Origin: a virus
Length of the DNA stretch: 59,049 bases
Reading direction: 5' to 3' (one strand)
Virus record (IMG/VR): IMGVR_UViG_3300020048_000003
Below, piece after piece: positions 1 to 7,896 of this stretch (the first letter of the stretch is position 1; the number at the start of each line of letters is the position of its first letter). Position numbers and translations under genes: made by a program. Below the pieces are notes generated by a model. It was not told the DNA's origin. It did not search any database and saw only the letters and a program-made list of their open reading frames with translations.

Positions 1-1
1 A

Positions 2-82
2 GAATTTGCAAATAATTTTGAACTATCACCTGAAAATAATATTTTACAAAGAAAAGATAAATTAAAAAAATTAAATGGATAG
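2..82 (+). CDS. 3' end of small protein with lysine-rich C-terminal tail (...NNILQRKDKLKKLNG); 5' partial at window edge
   Basis: Open frame from window start to TAG at 80-82; C-terminal R-K-D-K-L-K-K-L tail matches the tail family of downstream + strand genes; overlaps next ATG at 75. Confidence 0.4.
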   Translation, partial: EFANNFELSPENNILQRKDKLKKLNG

Positions 83-320
83 TATTGGACATAGAATAAT
101 AGAGAAAGTCGTAACTTTAGCTGAACAATATTCCTTAGAAGATAAAGTTATAATTTATGAATTGTTAAGACCATATTTTTTAAAACCTGATGATATGGAT
201 TTAAGAACCATATGTAAATTAGAAGCTTTTCTAAATACTGAACTTTTAATTATTCCAACCAAACAACAATGGAGAAAAATTAAATTAGAAAAATTAAACA
301 ATATTATAGATGGAAGTTAA
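75..320 (+). CDS. hypothetical small protein (81 aa), C-terminal WRKIKLEKL tail
   Basis: ORF track; ATG start; C-terminal tail-family motif; 11-nt overlap with next gene. Confidence 0.55.
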   Translation: MDSIGHRIIEKVVTLAEQYSLEDKVIIYELLRPYFLKPDDMDLRTICKLEAFLNTELLIIPTKQQWRKIKLEKLNNIIDGS

Positions 321-579
321 GAAGGATGATATTTTTGTTTGTAAGAAAAATTATGGTGTTTTTCATGCAAATAAATTTTATAAAATAAAAAATGTATATA
401 AAGATGCATTAGAAATTGATAATACAACATTTTATTTTGAGAAAGAGAAATATGATAAATGGTTATGTTTTATATGTCCAGCGAAAAAAACATGTTATAC
501 AAAACCTGTTTTTAAAGATTTCTTTTTTACCATAAAAGAAATAAGAAAAGAAAAATTAAAAAAGATAAAAAAGGTATGA
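310..579 (+). CDS. hypothetical small protein (89 aa), C-terminal IRKEKLKKIKKV tail
   Basis: ORF track; conserved lysine-rich C-terminal tail. Confidence 0.55.
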   Translation: MEVKKDDIFVCKKNYGVFHANKFYKIKNVYKDALEIDNTTFYFEKEKYDKWLCFICPAKKTCYTKPVFKDFFFTIKEIRKEKLKKIKKV

Positions 580-604
580 AAAATAAACTTAATAAACTTA
601 ATAT

Positions 605-805
605 ATGAAAATAAAACTTTTTAAGGCAAATCCATATTACCTTACTGCGGCAGAAGATACGATTAATGAATGGCTTTCAAAAAATAATGTATCTATCAGC
701 AGCACTAATATGGCTGAAGATGAAAATGGTATAGTAATTTCTATTTTTTATAGAACATTACCAGAAGAAAGAAAAGAGAAACTTGATAATATAAATAACG
801 TATGA
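605..805 (+). CDS. hypothetical small protein (66 aa), C-terminal ERKEKLDNINNV tail
   Basis: ORF track; tail motif; stop overlaps next ATG (ATGA). Confidence 0.5.
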   Translation: MKIKLFKANPYYLTAAEDTINEWLSKNNVSISSTNMAEDENGIVISIFYRTLPEERKEKLDNINNV

Positions 806-1116
806 AATTATACCAAGTAGGCGATACTGTCATAATAAAATCAGAAAAATGGTATTATTTGAATTGTGATCAAGTTGGATATGTTAGATATAAAGAAGTG
901 ACATCTAATTTTAATGATAAAATGTCGGCATTTTGTGGTATGAAAGCTATAATAACTTCAATTGATAACGACGCTTGGTCAAAGAATAAATATTGTTATA
1001 AAATTGATATAGATAAAGGAATGTGGCATTGGAATAATTTTATGTTTGAAGATATTAAAAAAATAAGAAGAAAAAAACTAAAAAAAATCAATGAAAAAAA
1101 GAATATGTTGTTGTAA
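802..1116 (+). CDS. hypothetical small protein (104 aa), C-terminal IRRKKLKKINEKK tail
   Basis: ORF track; tail motif; overlaps following gene. Confidence 0.55.
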   Translation: MKLYQVGDTVIIKSEKWYYLNCDQVGYVRYKEVTSNFNDKMSAFCGMKAIITSIDNDAWSKNKYCYKIDIDKGMWHWNNFMFEDIKKIRRKKLKKINEKKNMLL

Positions 1117-1378
1117 AAAATCTTATCTTTTACATGAAGAAGAATCAGAAGAAATTTTTTCATCTGGTAAATATTATAAATTCTATTCAGAAGATGATAG
1201 TCTTTTCTTCTGGGTCATTTATAATAAACATGGAGAATCTGGACACCAAGGTTGTAGATTTCACAATAACAAAAAAGATTATACAAAAAAAGGAAATGTT
1301 AATGCTTTTTATGAATTTTTTGATGAGGGAAGATTAATGAAATTAAAAAAATTAAAATCAATAGAAAATGGAAGATAA
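1091..1378 (+). CDS. hypothetical Cys/His-containing small protein (95 aa), C-terminal LMKLKKLKSIENGR tail
   Basis: ORF track; preferred over alternative frame 1134..1337 because it ends with the family tail and abuts the next start. Confidence 0.45.
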   Translation: MKKRICCCKKSYLLHEEESEEIFSSGKYYKFYSEDDSLFFWVIYNKHGESGHQGCRFHNNKKDYTKKGNVNAFYEFFDEGRLMKLKKLKSIENGR

Positions 1379-1826
1379 AATACAAAATGTAGATAAAGAA
1401 ACTTTATATAAATTTCTTGATAAAATTGCGAATAAACTTAATAACGAAGATATAGGAACGAACTCCACCTTTTCTTTACATAGACAAGGTACTTATAATG
1501 GTATGAAAATTAAGATTTTAACAAAACAAAAAATTGTTATTATTGATTCAGATATAAGAAACAATGTAATAAATTTACATATAACACAAGATGGATTAGA
1601 TAATTATAATTTCGCAACTTTATATAAAGATAATTCTGTTTCTTGTAAAAATTTCTTAAAACAAATAGAAATAGAAGATAAAAAAATTGCAACTTTGTTA
1701 AATGATATGTTGAAAGAACTGAAATCAATTGATAAACCTGTAAAAGTAGAAAATATTGAAAAGCCAAAAGTAAAAACAAGGTTCAATAAAATGCTTGATT
1801 CATTGAGAAATTGGTATTATAACTAA
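1368..1826 (+). CDS. hypothetical protein (152 aa)
   Basis: ORF track; ATG overlaps preceding stop region; coding-like composition. Confidence 0.6.
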   Translation: MEDKIQNVDKETLYKFLDKIANKLNNEDIGTNSTFSLHRQGTYNGMKIKILTKQKIVIIDSDIRNNVINLHITQDGLDNYNFATLYKDNSVSCKNFLKQIEIEDKKIATLLNDMLKELKSIDKPVKVENIEKPKVKTRFNKMLDSLRNWYYN

Positions 1827-1839
1827 ATTATCATAAAAT

Positions 1840-2037
1840 ATGAAAAAGTGTCCAAGATGTAAAGGTGATGGTGGTGATCCATTTTATAATTCAAAATGTA
1901 CAAGATGTTATGGTTCAGGACAAGTTCCTAATCAGGATCCAAAAAAATGTCCTAGGTGTGGTGGTGATGGAAGTGATCCATTTTATTATTCCAAATGTAC
2001 AAAATGTGGTGGCTCTGGTAGAATTTATGATATATGA
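1840..2037 (+). CDS. DnaJ-type zinc-finger mini-protein (4 x CxxCxGxG)
   Basis: CPRCKGDGG / CTRCYGSGQ / CPRCGGDGS / CTKCGGSGR arranged as two ~32-aa internal repeats; matches DnaJ cysteine-rich domain signature CxxCxGxG. Confidence 0.65.
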   Translation: MKKCPRCKGDGGDPFYNSKCTRCYGSGQVPNQDPKKCPRCGGDGSDPFYYSKCTKCGGSGRIYDI

Positions 2038-2190
2038 AAACTTGTCAATATTGTGAACATTATAAAAGTAAACAATGTTTACTTGTCCGAATTCAAAAAA
2101 ATGCTTTTGAGTCTTGTGATAAATTTATGAGAAAAAAGAAAAAAGTAAAAAATATTTGGGAAATATAATCTTTAATTTTTTTATTAAAAA

Positions 2191-2216
2191 AGATTTTGTA
2201 ATTTTGTGCAAAATCT
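2191..2216. promoter_or_regulatory. hairpin AGATTTTG-N10-CAAAATCT 9 nt upstream of the 2225 start codon; possible operator or translation-control structure
   Basis: 8-bp perfect inverted repeat read directly; contains TAATTTTG (TAnnTTTG-like). Confidence 0.25.
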
Positions 2217-2224
2217 AAATCATT

Positions 2225-2884
2225 ATGCAAACAAAATATTATAGTAATTTATATGTAATTGAGGATCCTAAAAGGGTTGAAAAACTACTTGATCTTTTTG
2301 TATTATCAGTAAAAAATGATTTGAGTAAATGGAAACAAGTTCTATCTACAAGGACGAACAAGAATTCTAATGATATTGATTTAATTCAATACATAAGTCC
2401 TAAATATAATAATGATTCTTTTATTGTGGAATATGCTTCCACAAATAATTACACAGTATATGGTGTTGTATATTTAGACGAAAAAACACCACAGATAACT
2501 GGTACTGGTTTGCAGATATTTGCAGATTGGGATAGATATGGTATGCCACCTAAAAAGATTCGTGCCGAATTAGATAAACTTAGGGATAATATTTTTGAGC
2601 AGGGTATTATAAATCTAGAAAATGCAATTGGTGGAAAAAGTGCAAAAAGTGAAAGAAAAGACAAATTGATGCAGTTAAATATTGAAACTTATAAAGGTAT
2701 GCTTGATGATTCTTTTAATGATTTTATTAAAGAACCAACACAAATGCTCGCAAAAATGATAGCAAGGACCGCATATGCTTTTAATTTGAATCATCATTTA
2801 CCTTATTCAGAATGGGTTGAAAAATTCAAAGATTATTCAATGGTTATAAAAGAAATTGAAAAATTAGATAACTATGAAACATAA
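2225..2884 (+). CDS. hypothetical protein (219 aa)
   Basis: ORF track; long ORF preceded by 125-nt AT-rich non-coding region. Confidence 0.7.
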   Translation: MQTKYYSNLYVIEDPKRVEKLLDLFVLSVKNDLSKWKQVLSTRTNKNSNDIDLIQYISPKYNNDSFIVEYASTNNYTVYGVVYLDEKTPQITGTGLQIFADWDRYGMPPKKIRAELDKLRDNIFEQGIINLENAIGGKSAKSERKDKLMQLNIETYKGMLDDSFNDFIKEPTQMLAKMIARTAYAFNLNHHLPYSEWVEKFKDYSMVIKEIEKLDNYET

Positions 2885-2967
2885 TTTTTATATTCTAATT
2901 TTTTTATTTAGAAAAAAGTTATATATTTGTATTCCAAAATAAATATAAACTTAAAACAAAAACAATT

Positions 2968-3540
2968 ATGAACTGGTATTCAATCTTTTATGCGTTAACG
3001 GTGTCTGACGGAGTTAAATCATTTTTTGACACGACATCAAATATTTTCACATGGTTTGCTGTTCTTTCTTTTATTTGCCTTGTCTGTCTTTCTATTGCAA
3101 AAGCAGTGATGGCTGGTGAAAATAACTGTAAAACTGATGAAGAAGAAAAAGTGGACCCTGAGGTACGAGCAATTACAAAAGCAAGGGTTTATACAAGAAA
3201 TTTCTTCTATACGATGCTTGGACTTTCTTTGTTAACTTGGGCTGGTTATGTTATGACTCCAACTAAGAAAGATTGTGTGATGATTATTGCCGGTGGTACT
3301 ATTGGTAATTTTTTACAATCAGATACAAATGCTCGCAAAATTCCTGGTGAGGCAATGAAACTTGGTGTTGTTGCACTTCAAGCTTGGCAATTAGAAATTA
3401 AAGATTTCTCACCAGAGGAAAAGAAAGCACTTGGTATTCAAACTCCAGAAGAAAAGAAAAAGGAGGATTTGAAGAGTAAATTAATTGGAATGACAAAGGA
3501 GGAAATCATAGCATTTGTTGATAGTACACTATTAAAATAA
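2968..3540 (+). CDS. predicted membrane protein (190 aa, about 3 hydrophobic helices)
   Basis: Hydrophobic segments FTWFAVLSFICLVCLSIAKAVMAG, FFYTMLGLSLLTWAGYVMTP, VMIIAGGTIGNF; K/E-rich C-terminus. Confidence 0.7.
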   Translation: MNWYSIFYALTVSDGVKSFFDTTSNIFTWFAVLSFICLVCLSIAKAVMAGENNCKTDEEEKVDPEVRAITKARVYTRNFFYTMLGLSLLTWAGYVMTPTKKDCVMIIAGGTIGNFLQSDTNARKIPGEAMKLGVVALQAWQLEIKDFSPEEKKALGIQTPEEKKKEDLKSKLIGMTKEEIIAFVDSTLLK

Positions 3541-3755
3541 TGATTACTGATCCAAAAGAATTAGCAAAACTGGATTTTTCACTATTGATTGAATATATGC
3601 GATATATAGTCAAAAAATATGATGATAATGCTCTACTTCAAGAACAATTTCAATTTCTAAATAATGACAATAATATAAATAATAGATATTGGACTTATGG
3701 TATAATTACTGGTTTACAAATGAAATACAAAGAACCTCTTGAAGTTTTCCTATGA
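3540..3755 (+). CDS. hypothetical small protein (71 aa)
   Basis: ORF track; TAATG overlap with upstream stop. Confidence 0.5.
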   Translation: MITDPKELAKLDFSLLIEYMRYIVKKYDDNALLQEQFQFLNNDNNINNRYWTYGIITGLQMKYKEPLEVFL

Positions 3756-3774
3756 AAAAAGAAATTAATACAAA

Positions 3775-3806
3775 TAAAAAAAGCCTCAAATTGAGGCTTT
3801 TTTTAT
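3775..3806. terminator. bidirectional intrinsic terminator between convergent genes
   Basis: A-run, GCCTCAAATTGAGGC hairpin (3783-3797), then T7-run. Confidence 0.7.
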
Positions 3807-4135
3807 TTCAGAAAATTAAAATTGTCGTTTAATATTTTATCAATTAATTTTCTTGCTGCGGGATCTCCACTCTGAGCATTCCATTTAGGTAAAGGTAGAT
3901 TTTTTCTTTTACAATATTTTAATAACCAATTAGCGCAATCAATTCCATCTTCATCTGATTGTAAATCAAAATCAAAACATATAGCATCTGGAAGTCCATG
4001 CTCCATAATATATGCTTTGAATTGTTGAGGAGTTTTTGCCCATATGGTATCAAATGGTTTAGGTATTGGACTAAATACCAACCAATCATCCTTTAAAGGA
4101 TTTCTATAATCGTCTAACCAAAGTAGTGTTTTCAT
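3803..4135 (-). CDS. hypothetical protein (110 aa)
   Basis: ORF track; stop immediately followed by terminator. Confidence 0.65.
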   Translation of the reverse strand: MKTLLWLDDYRNPLKDDWLVFSPIPKPFDTIWAKTPQQFKAYIMEHGLPDAICFDFDLQSDEDGIDCANWLLKYCKRKNLPLPKWNAQSGDPAARKLIDKILNDNFNFLK

Positions 4136-4136
4136 T

Positions 4137-4676
4137 TTATTTTTGTTTTTGTTGTTGTAATTTCTGGTGTTGTGATTTCAAATATTTTATTTCTTTCATC
4201 ATTATATTCATTGATTTTTCCAATCTTAAAAGAATTTCATCTTCGTTATCATCATCATCATCTTCATTTATTTCTTCAACATCTTTTTGAATTTCTTCAA
4301 CATCTTTTTGAATATCTTCCATATCCTCTTGAATATCTTCCATGTTTTCTTGGATTTCTTCAACATTTTCTTGGATTTCTTCAACATTTTCTTGGATTTC
4401 TTCAACATCTTCTTGGATATCTTCCTGAAGTTGAGCCATTGTATTAATTTTTTTTGCTTGAATATTCAAACTCATTTGAATAAAAATTGAAAAATAGATT
4501 GCTTCAAGTGAAACTATTGTAGTAAGAGTTAGTAATATTACATCAAATTTAATTCCCATAAAATATAGAATGAATGCGGCTATAAACAATATTGTATGTA
4601 ATATAACCGATTCAATTGAACCCATCCATTTTATAAATTTTAACGCGATTGCCTCTATTCTTTCGTTATTTATCAT
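4137..4676 (-). CDS. membrane protein with two N-terminal TM helices and C-terminal acidic tandem heptad repeat (VEEIQEN)n
   Basis: Hydrophobic N-terminal half; 21-nt DNA tandem repeat encodes EDVEEIQENVEEIQENVEEIQEN... then a D-rich stretch. Confidence 0.7.
   Translation of the reverse strand: MINNERIEAIALKFIKWMGSIESVILHTILFIAAFILYFMGIKFDVILLTLTTIVSLEAIYFSIFIQMSLNIQAKKINTMAQLQEDIQEDVEEIQENVEEIQENVEEIQENMEDIQEDMEDIQKDVEEIQKDVEEINEDDDDDNEDEILLRLEKSMNIMMKEIKYLKSQHQKLQQQKQK
4272..4427. repeat. 21-nt tandem repeat (about 7 copies, ttcttcaacatctttttgaat-like) inside CDS 4137..4676
   Basis: Direct reading of + strand; in-frame heptad coding repeat. Confidence 0.7.
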
Positions 4677-4864
4677 GCTATTGTACCATATTCAATTTTA
4701 CCTAATTCATCGTATAGTTCTTGTAGTCTATTTTCTTCCCAGAGTTTAATTGGTTTACAATTAAAAATTTTAGAAAACGTGTTCATCCATTCGGCAAATT
4801 TATCAATTGTACCAAAGACATGAACACCTTTTTCTAAAACAATTCTTCTATTCATAAATTTCAT
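4673..4864 (-). CDS. hypothetical small protein (63 aa)
   Basis: ORF track; ATGA overlap with upstream gene. Confidence 0.5.
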   Translation of the reverse strand: MKFMNRRIVLEKGVHVFGTIDKFAEWMNTFSKIFNCKPIKLWEENRLQELYDELGKIEYGTIA

Positions 4865-5174
4865 TTTGAATTTTCTCTAACTTTTGTTTTCTTATTATTT
4901 TTATACCAACATCACCTTTAAATTCATAACCTTTTCCAAGATACTCATGCAAAATATCACCATAATCATCTTCTGGTGTTCTTATTGACCAACACCCATT
5001 TCCTGTACCATCAAAAGAAACATAGAGATAATTAAAATCATAATATATCAAATCTTTGTCTCTAAAATGATCACCACCGATTTCATTTAATGAAGTCCTA
5101 TAACTTCCATTAATTCTATGAATTCTCCAGACCCATTTTATCATCCTATTGCAGATTTTATTTGTCTTTCCCAC
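4848..5174 (-). CDS. hypothetical protein (108 aa) with C-terminal IIRKQKLEKIQ tail
   Basis: ORF track; tail-family motif at C-terminus. Confidence 0.55.
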   Translation of the reverse strand: MGKTNKICNRMIKWVWRIHRINGSYRTSLNEIGGDHFRDKDLIYYDFNYLYVSFDGTGNGCWSIRTPEDDYGDILHEYLGKGYEFKGDVGIKIIRKQKLEKIQNEIYE

Positions 5175-5383
5175 TTTCTCAATCTCAATTCAAATTCATC
5201 GGTATCTGGAAAGTCAAATCCTTGAACAAAAAATTCAGATTCAAAAAATCCTTTTTCTTCTCTAACAGAAACCGTTGCATTCGGATACTCATATTTTAAT
5301 GTATCAACACTTCTCTGTAGTGAGTTTCTTATTTCCGACCTATAAATGGCACCTGCTTCTATACTGAATCTAAACTTTGCCAT
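5141..5383 (-). CDS. hypothetical small protein (80 aa)
   Basis: ORF track; packed with neighbours. Confidence 0.5.
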   Translation of the reverse strand: MAKFRFSIEAGAIYRSEIRNSLQRSVDTLKYEYPNATVSVREEKGFFESEFFVQGFDFPDTDEFELRLRKWERQIKSAIG

Positions 5384-5564
5384 TTTCTTCTATGAGTTTA
5401 TTTGTGAGTTTAAAAAATTCAATGTGACCTTTGCAAGTGATTTTTTGTCTCTCTTTTAATATTGCAAAAGAATCATCATTTGTATTGATAACCGTGAAAC
5501 CTGCGTCTTTTAACTTTTTAGTGGCTTCATTAATCCTGATAGATAAAGGAATATATTCTGTCAT
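5370..5564 (-). CDS. hypothetical small protein (64 aa)
   Basis: ORF track; ATGA overlap with upstream gene. Confidence 0.5.
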   Translation of the reverse strand: MTEYIPLSIRINEATKKLKDAGFTVINTNDDSFAILKERQKITCKGHIEFFKLTNKLIEENGKV

Positions 5565-5875
5565 AGTTTATTTATTTTTTGTAATTTATCTTTTCTTAAT
5601 TTATTAAATTCTAACTTTTTTTGTTTTTCTATTTCTTTTTTTCTTTCATCTGCTTTATTTAAAAGTTTTGTTTTCATTTGTGAATAAGATATGTCACCAT
5701 TCATATATTCAGTAAATACTTTATCTAAAAAAGCATCTAATTCAGATTTAGGAGTAGGTGAAGAAATATTATTTTTTATTATAGAAATAATATTTAGTCC
5801 AGATATTATAGAATATAAGGCTCCTGCTAATGCAAAAATTGCGACGAATATTAATATACCTTGAAGAATTGCCAT
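5561..5875 (-). CDS. small membrane-anchored protein (104 aa) with C-terminal KLRKDKLQKINKL tail
   Basis: N-terminal TM segment MAILQGILIFVAIFALAGALYSII; tail-family motif. Confidence 0.6.
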   Translation of the reverse strand: MAILQGILIFVAIFALAGALYSIISGLNIISIIKNNISSPTPKSELDAFLDKVFTEYMNGDISYSQMKTKLLNKADERKKEIEKQKKLEFNKLRKDKLQKINKL

Positions 5876-5912
5876 TATTTTATTTTATTAAGTCTTCTTA
5901 GTTTTTGTTTTC

Positions 5913-6023
5913 TTATTTTAAGTTTTTCATTTTTTTATATTCTATTAGATATTTAATAGGTAATCCAAAAATTCCTATTAAAGCTAATATCATTAAAATT
6001 AAAATTATACTATCTATGGTCAT
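5913..6023 (-). CDS. hydrophobic 36-aa peptide (MTIDSIILILMILALIGIFGLPIKYLIEYKKMKNLK), below ORF-track size cut-off
   Basis: Manual translation of minus strand; single predicted TM helix; located in otherwise empty 200-nt gap. Confidence 0.3.
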   Translation of the reverse strand: MTIDSIILILMILALIGIFGLPIKYLIEYKKMKNLK

Positions 6024-6082
6024 TCTATATTGATTTAGATTTAGACCACAAAGATAGTATAAATTTTTTAGATAAAAAATTT

Positions 6083-6358
6083 TTACAGATTATAATTCTT
6101 TGAAATGTAATATGTGTTTACAAAATCATCAAGATCAAAACACTTTGTTCCTGCTGAAAGTTCTTCCCAAATTTTTTTTAAAATAAAATCACGACTTTCC
6201 TCATTGTAAAACTTCATAGCGAAGTGACTATCCTCCTTCTGTAAGTAAATACAATTATTTTCATTTTTGCCTGTAATGGAATTTTTATCCCCACTACCTT
6301 TTTCAATAGAGTAAAATTTACCTACTTTATGAATGTTGTCTAAATATTTGATATACAT
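6083..6358 (-). CDS. hypothetical protein (91 aa)
   Basis: ORF track. Confidence 0.55.
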   Translation of the reverse strand: MYIKYLDNIHKVGKFYSIEKGSGDKNSITGKNENNCIYLQKEDSHFAMKFYNEESRDFILKKIWEELSAGTKCFDLDDFVNTYYISKNYNL

Positions 6359-6443
6359 AGCTTTTTAAATTTGATTGTTCATATTATATCCTGATACAAA
6401 GATATGAATAAAAAAGATATAAAAAAAATTACGAACAAAATTT

Positions 6444-6480
6444 AAAAAAAAAGATTTTGCTTTCACAAAATCTTAAATTC
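6444..6480. terminator. intrinsic terminator for minus-strand gene 6493..6747
   Basis: AAGATTTTG-CTTTCA-CAAAATCTT hairpin (6451-6474) followed on the minus strand by T9-run. Confidence 0.5.
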
Positions 6481-6492
6481 ATTTTAATGAGA

Positions 6493-6747
6493 TTAGAGAG
6501 TGGTAGTATCTGTTGGAGGAGGATTTGTTGGAGGTTGAATTGGAGTTTCATTAGGCTTCTTAAAACACATTATAATCAAAGCAATAATAGCTAGAACATC
6601 TACAAAAATAACACCAGCGTTTATGGTTCCTCCGCTCATACCAATAAGTAGTCCAATACAAAATGCTGCTCCGATAGGAATTAATGAAAGCCAGCGCCAG
6701 CCTTTCTGCCAGGCAATTACGGTTAAAATAATTTCAATTATTAACAT
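6493..6747 (-). CDS. small membrane protein (84 aa) with Pro/Thr-rich C-terminus
   Basis: Two hydrophobic helices; C-terminal PIQPPTNPPPTDTTTL. Confidence 0.6.
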   Translation of the reverse strand: MLIIEIILTVIAWQKGWRWLSLIPIGAAFCIGLLIGMSGGTINAGVIFVDVLAIIALIIMCFKKPNETPIQPPTNPPPTDTTTL

Positions 6748-6795
6748 AATATATTTTTTATTTTGGTATAGTTATTATGTTAATATAAGTTTTTA

Positions 6796-6954
6796 TTATT
6801 TAGGTGGTTCTTTCTTTTTTTCTTCTATTTTTATATCTCCTTTTCCTTTACAAGTTGGACAAGTATATGAGTGTCCTTCATCATTTCTTCTATAACCTCG
6901 CCCATCACAATCATGACAAATGAGGTATTTTTTCTCTGAAATATCTTCATTCAT
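6796..6954 (-). CDS. 52-aa zinc-ribbon mini-protein (CHDC...CPTC), below ORF-track cut-off
   Basis: Manual translation MNEDISEKKYLICHDCDGRGYRRNDEGHSYTCPTCKGKGDIKIEEKKKEPPK; start overlaps stop of 6954..7301 by 1 nt (TAATG). Confidence 0.45.
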   Translation of the reverse strand: MNEDISEKKYLICHDCDGRGYRRNDEGHSYTCPTCKGKGDIKIEEKKKEPPK

Positions 6955-7301
6955 TATAAATTATATTTTTTTGAATCTCTTGCTAATTTTAAATCATTTG
7001 ATTTAAAATCTTTTCTTAATCTTGTTGGTACAATTGTTATTTTATAATCATATGCGTTTTCAATTAACCAAACTTGTGCTTTTGAATAATCTGTAATCAT
7101 ATCGGCTATTGTAAATTCTTTTTGTTTTCTCATAAATTGTGTTTCTAATTGCTCATTTACCATTGTAATAAGACAATCCCTTGCACTTTCTTCATTATCA
7201 AAAACTTCAATTTGAACATCAGCATCAGTGAACCATTCAGCTACGACGACCCATAAATCATATGGTGTGATTCTATTTTCAAATATTTTTAAGTGTTTCA
7301 T
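6954..7301 (-). CDS. array cassette protein (first member at this end)
   Basis: N MKHLKIFEN / C DSKKYNL; ATGA overlap with upstream gene. Confidence 0.8.
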   Translation of the reverse strand: MKHLKIFENRITPYDLWVVVAEWFTDADVQIEVFDNEESARDCLITMVNEQLETQFMRKQKEFTIADMITDYSKAQVWLIENAYDYKITIVPTRLRKDFKSNDLKLARDSKKYNL

Positions 7302-7645
7302 AAATTATAATTTTTTGCTGTCATATCTAAAAATGCCTGTTCCATATCATCAAATGAAAAACTAATATAAAAAGTGCTGATCAATTCGCCATTATTGTCA
7401 TTAAATACTTCTAAGGTGAAAACAAATTCATTTTGATCTTTACCACATCTAGTAATAATTAAATCATCTTCTGGTATCAGATAAGGCTTATCTCCATAAT
7501 CTGGATAATAGTGTTTATCTTTTGCTAATGCAGTATATTCTTCTATAACAAAAGGTCTTATTGATTTAGTAAAATCCTCATATTCTTTTAGAATCTTTGT
7601 TGCTGATTCTATTGTGTAATTTTCGTATATTCTTTTTACTTTCAT
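7298..7645 (-). CDS. array cassette protein
   Basis: N MKVKRIYEN / C TAKNYNL; ATGA overlaps both sides. Confidence 0.8.
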   Translation of the reverse strand: MKVKRIYENYTIESATKILKEYEDFTKSIRPFVIEEYTALAKDKHYYPDYGDKPYLIPEDDLIITRCGKDQNEFVFTLEVFNDNNGELISTFYISFSFDDMEQAFLDMTAKNYNL

Positions 7646-7896
7646 AAATTATATTTTTTTGCATCTCTGTAGGCAGAACTTCTAATAAAATTTAATTCTT
7701 TTAACACTTCATCAAAATCTTCATCATGAAAAAAATAAACATCATAATCTGAATTTTGATCTTTTTGTATTAAATTACTTCCTAATAAATATCTAATTTC
7801 TGTTTCTCTACATTCAAAACTTTCATCTCCTGAATCGGAATATAAATAATAATCTTCCTCATCTTCCTCTTCTTCAAATAGTTTAATATATTTCAT
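7642..7896 (-). CDS. array cassette protein, acidic
   Basis: N MKYIKLFEEEE / C DAKKYNL. Confidence 0.8.
   Translation of the reverse strand: MKYIKLFEEEEDEEDYYLYSDSGDESFECRETEIRYLLGSNLIQKDQNSDYDVYFFHDEDFDEVLKELNFIRSSAYRDAKKYNL

Noticed and set aside
1134-1786. Alternative-frame or antisense ORFs 1134..1337 (+), 1540..1779 (-), 1604..1786 (-), 1865..2056 (+), 2449..2664 (-), 4172..4447 (+), 4287..4490 (+), 6623..6895 (+)
   Set aside because: Each overlaps a better-supported ORF on the other frame or strand (family tail motif, zinc-finger motifs, TM protein, repeat protein). Their composition is low-complexity.
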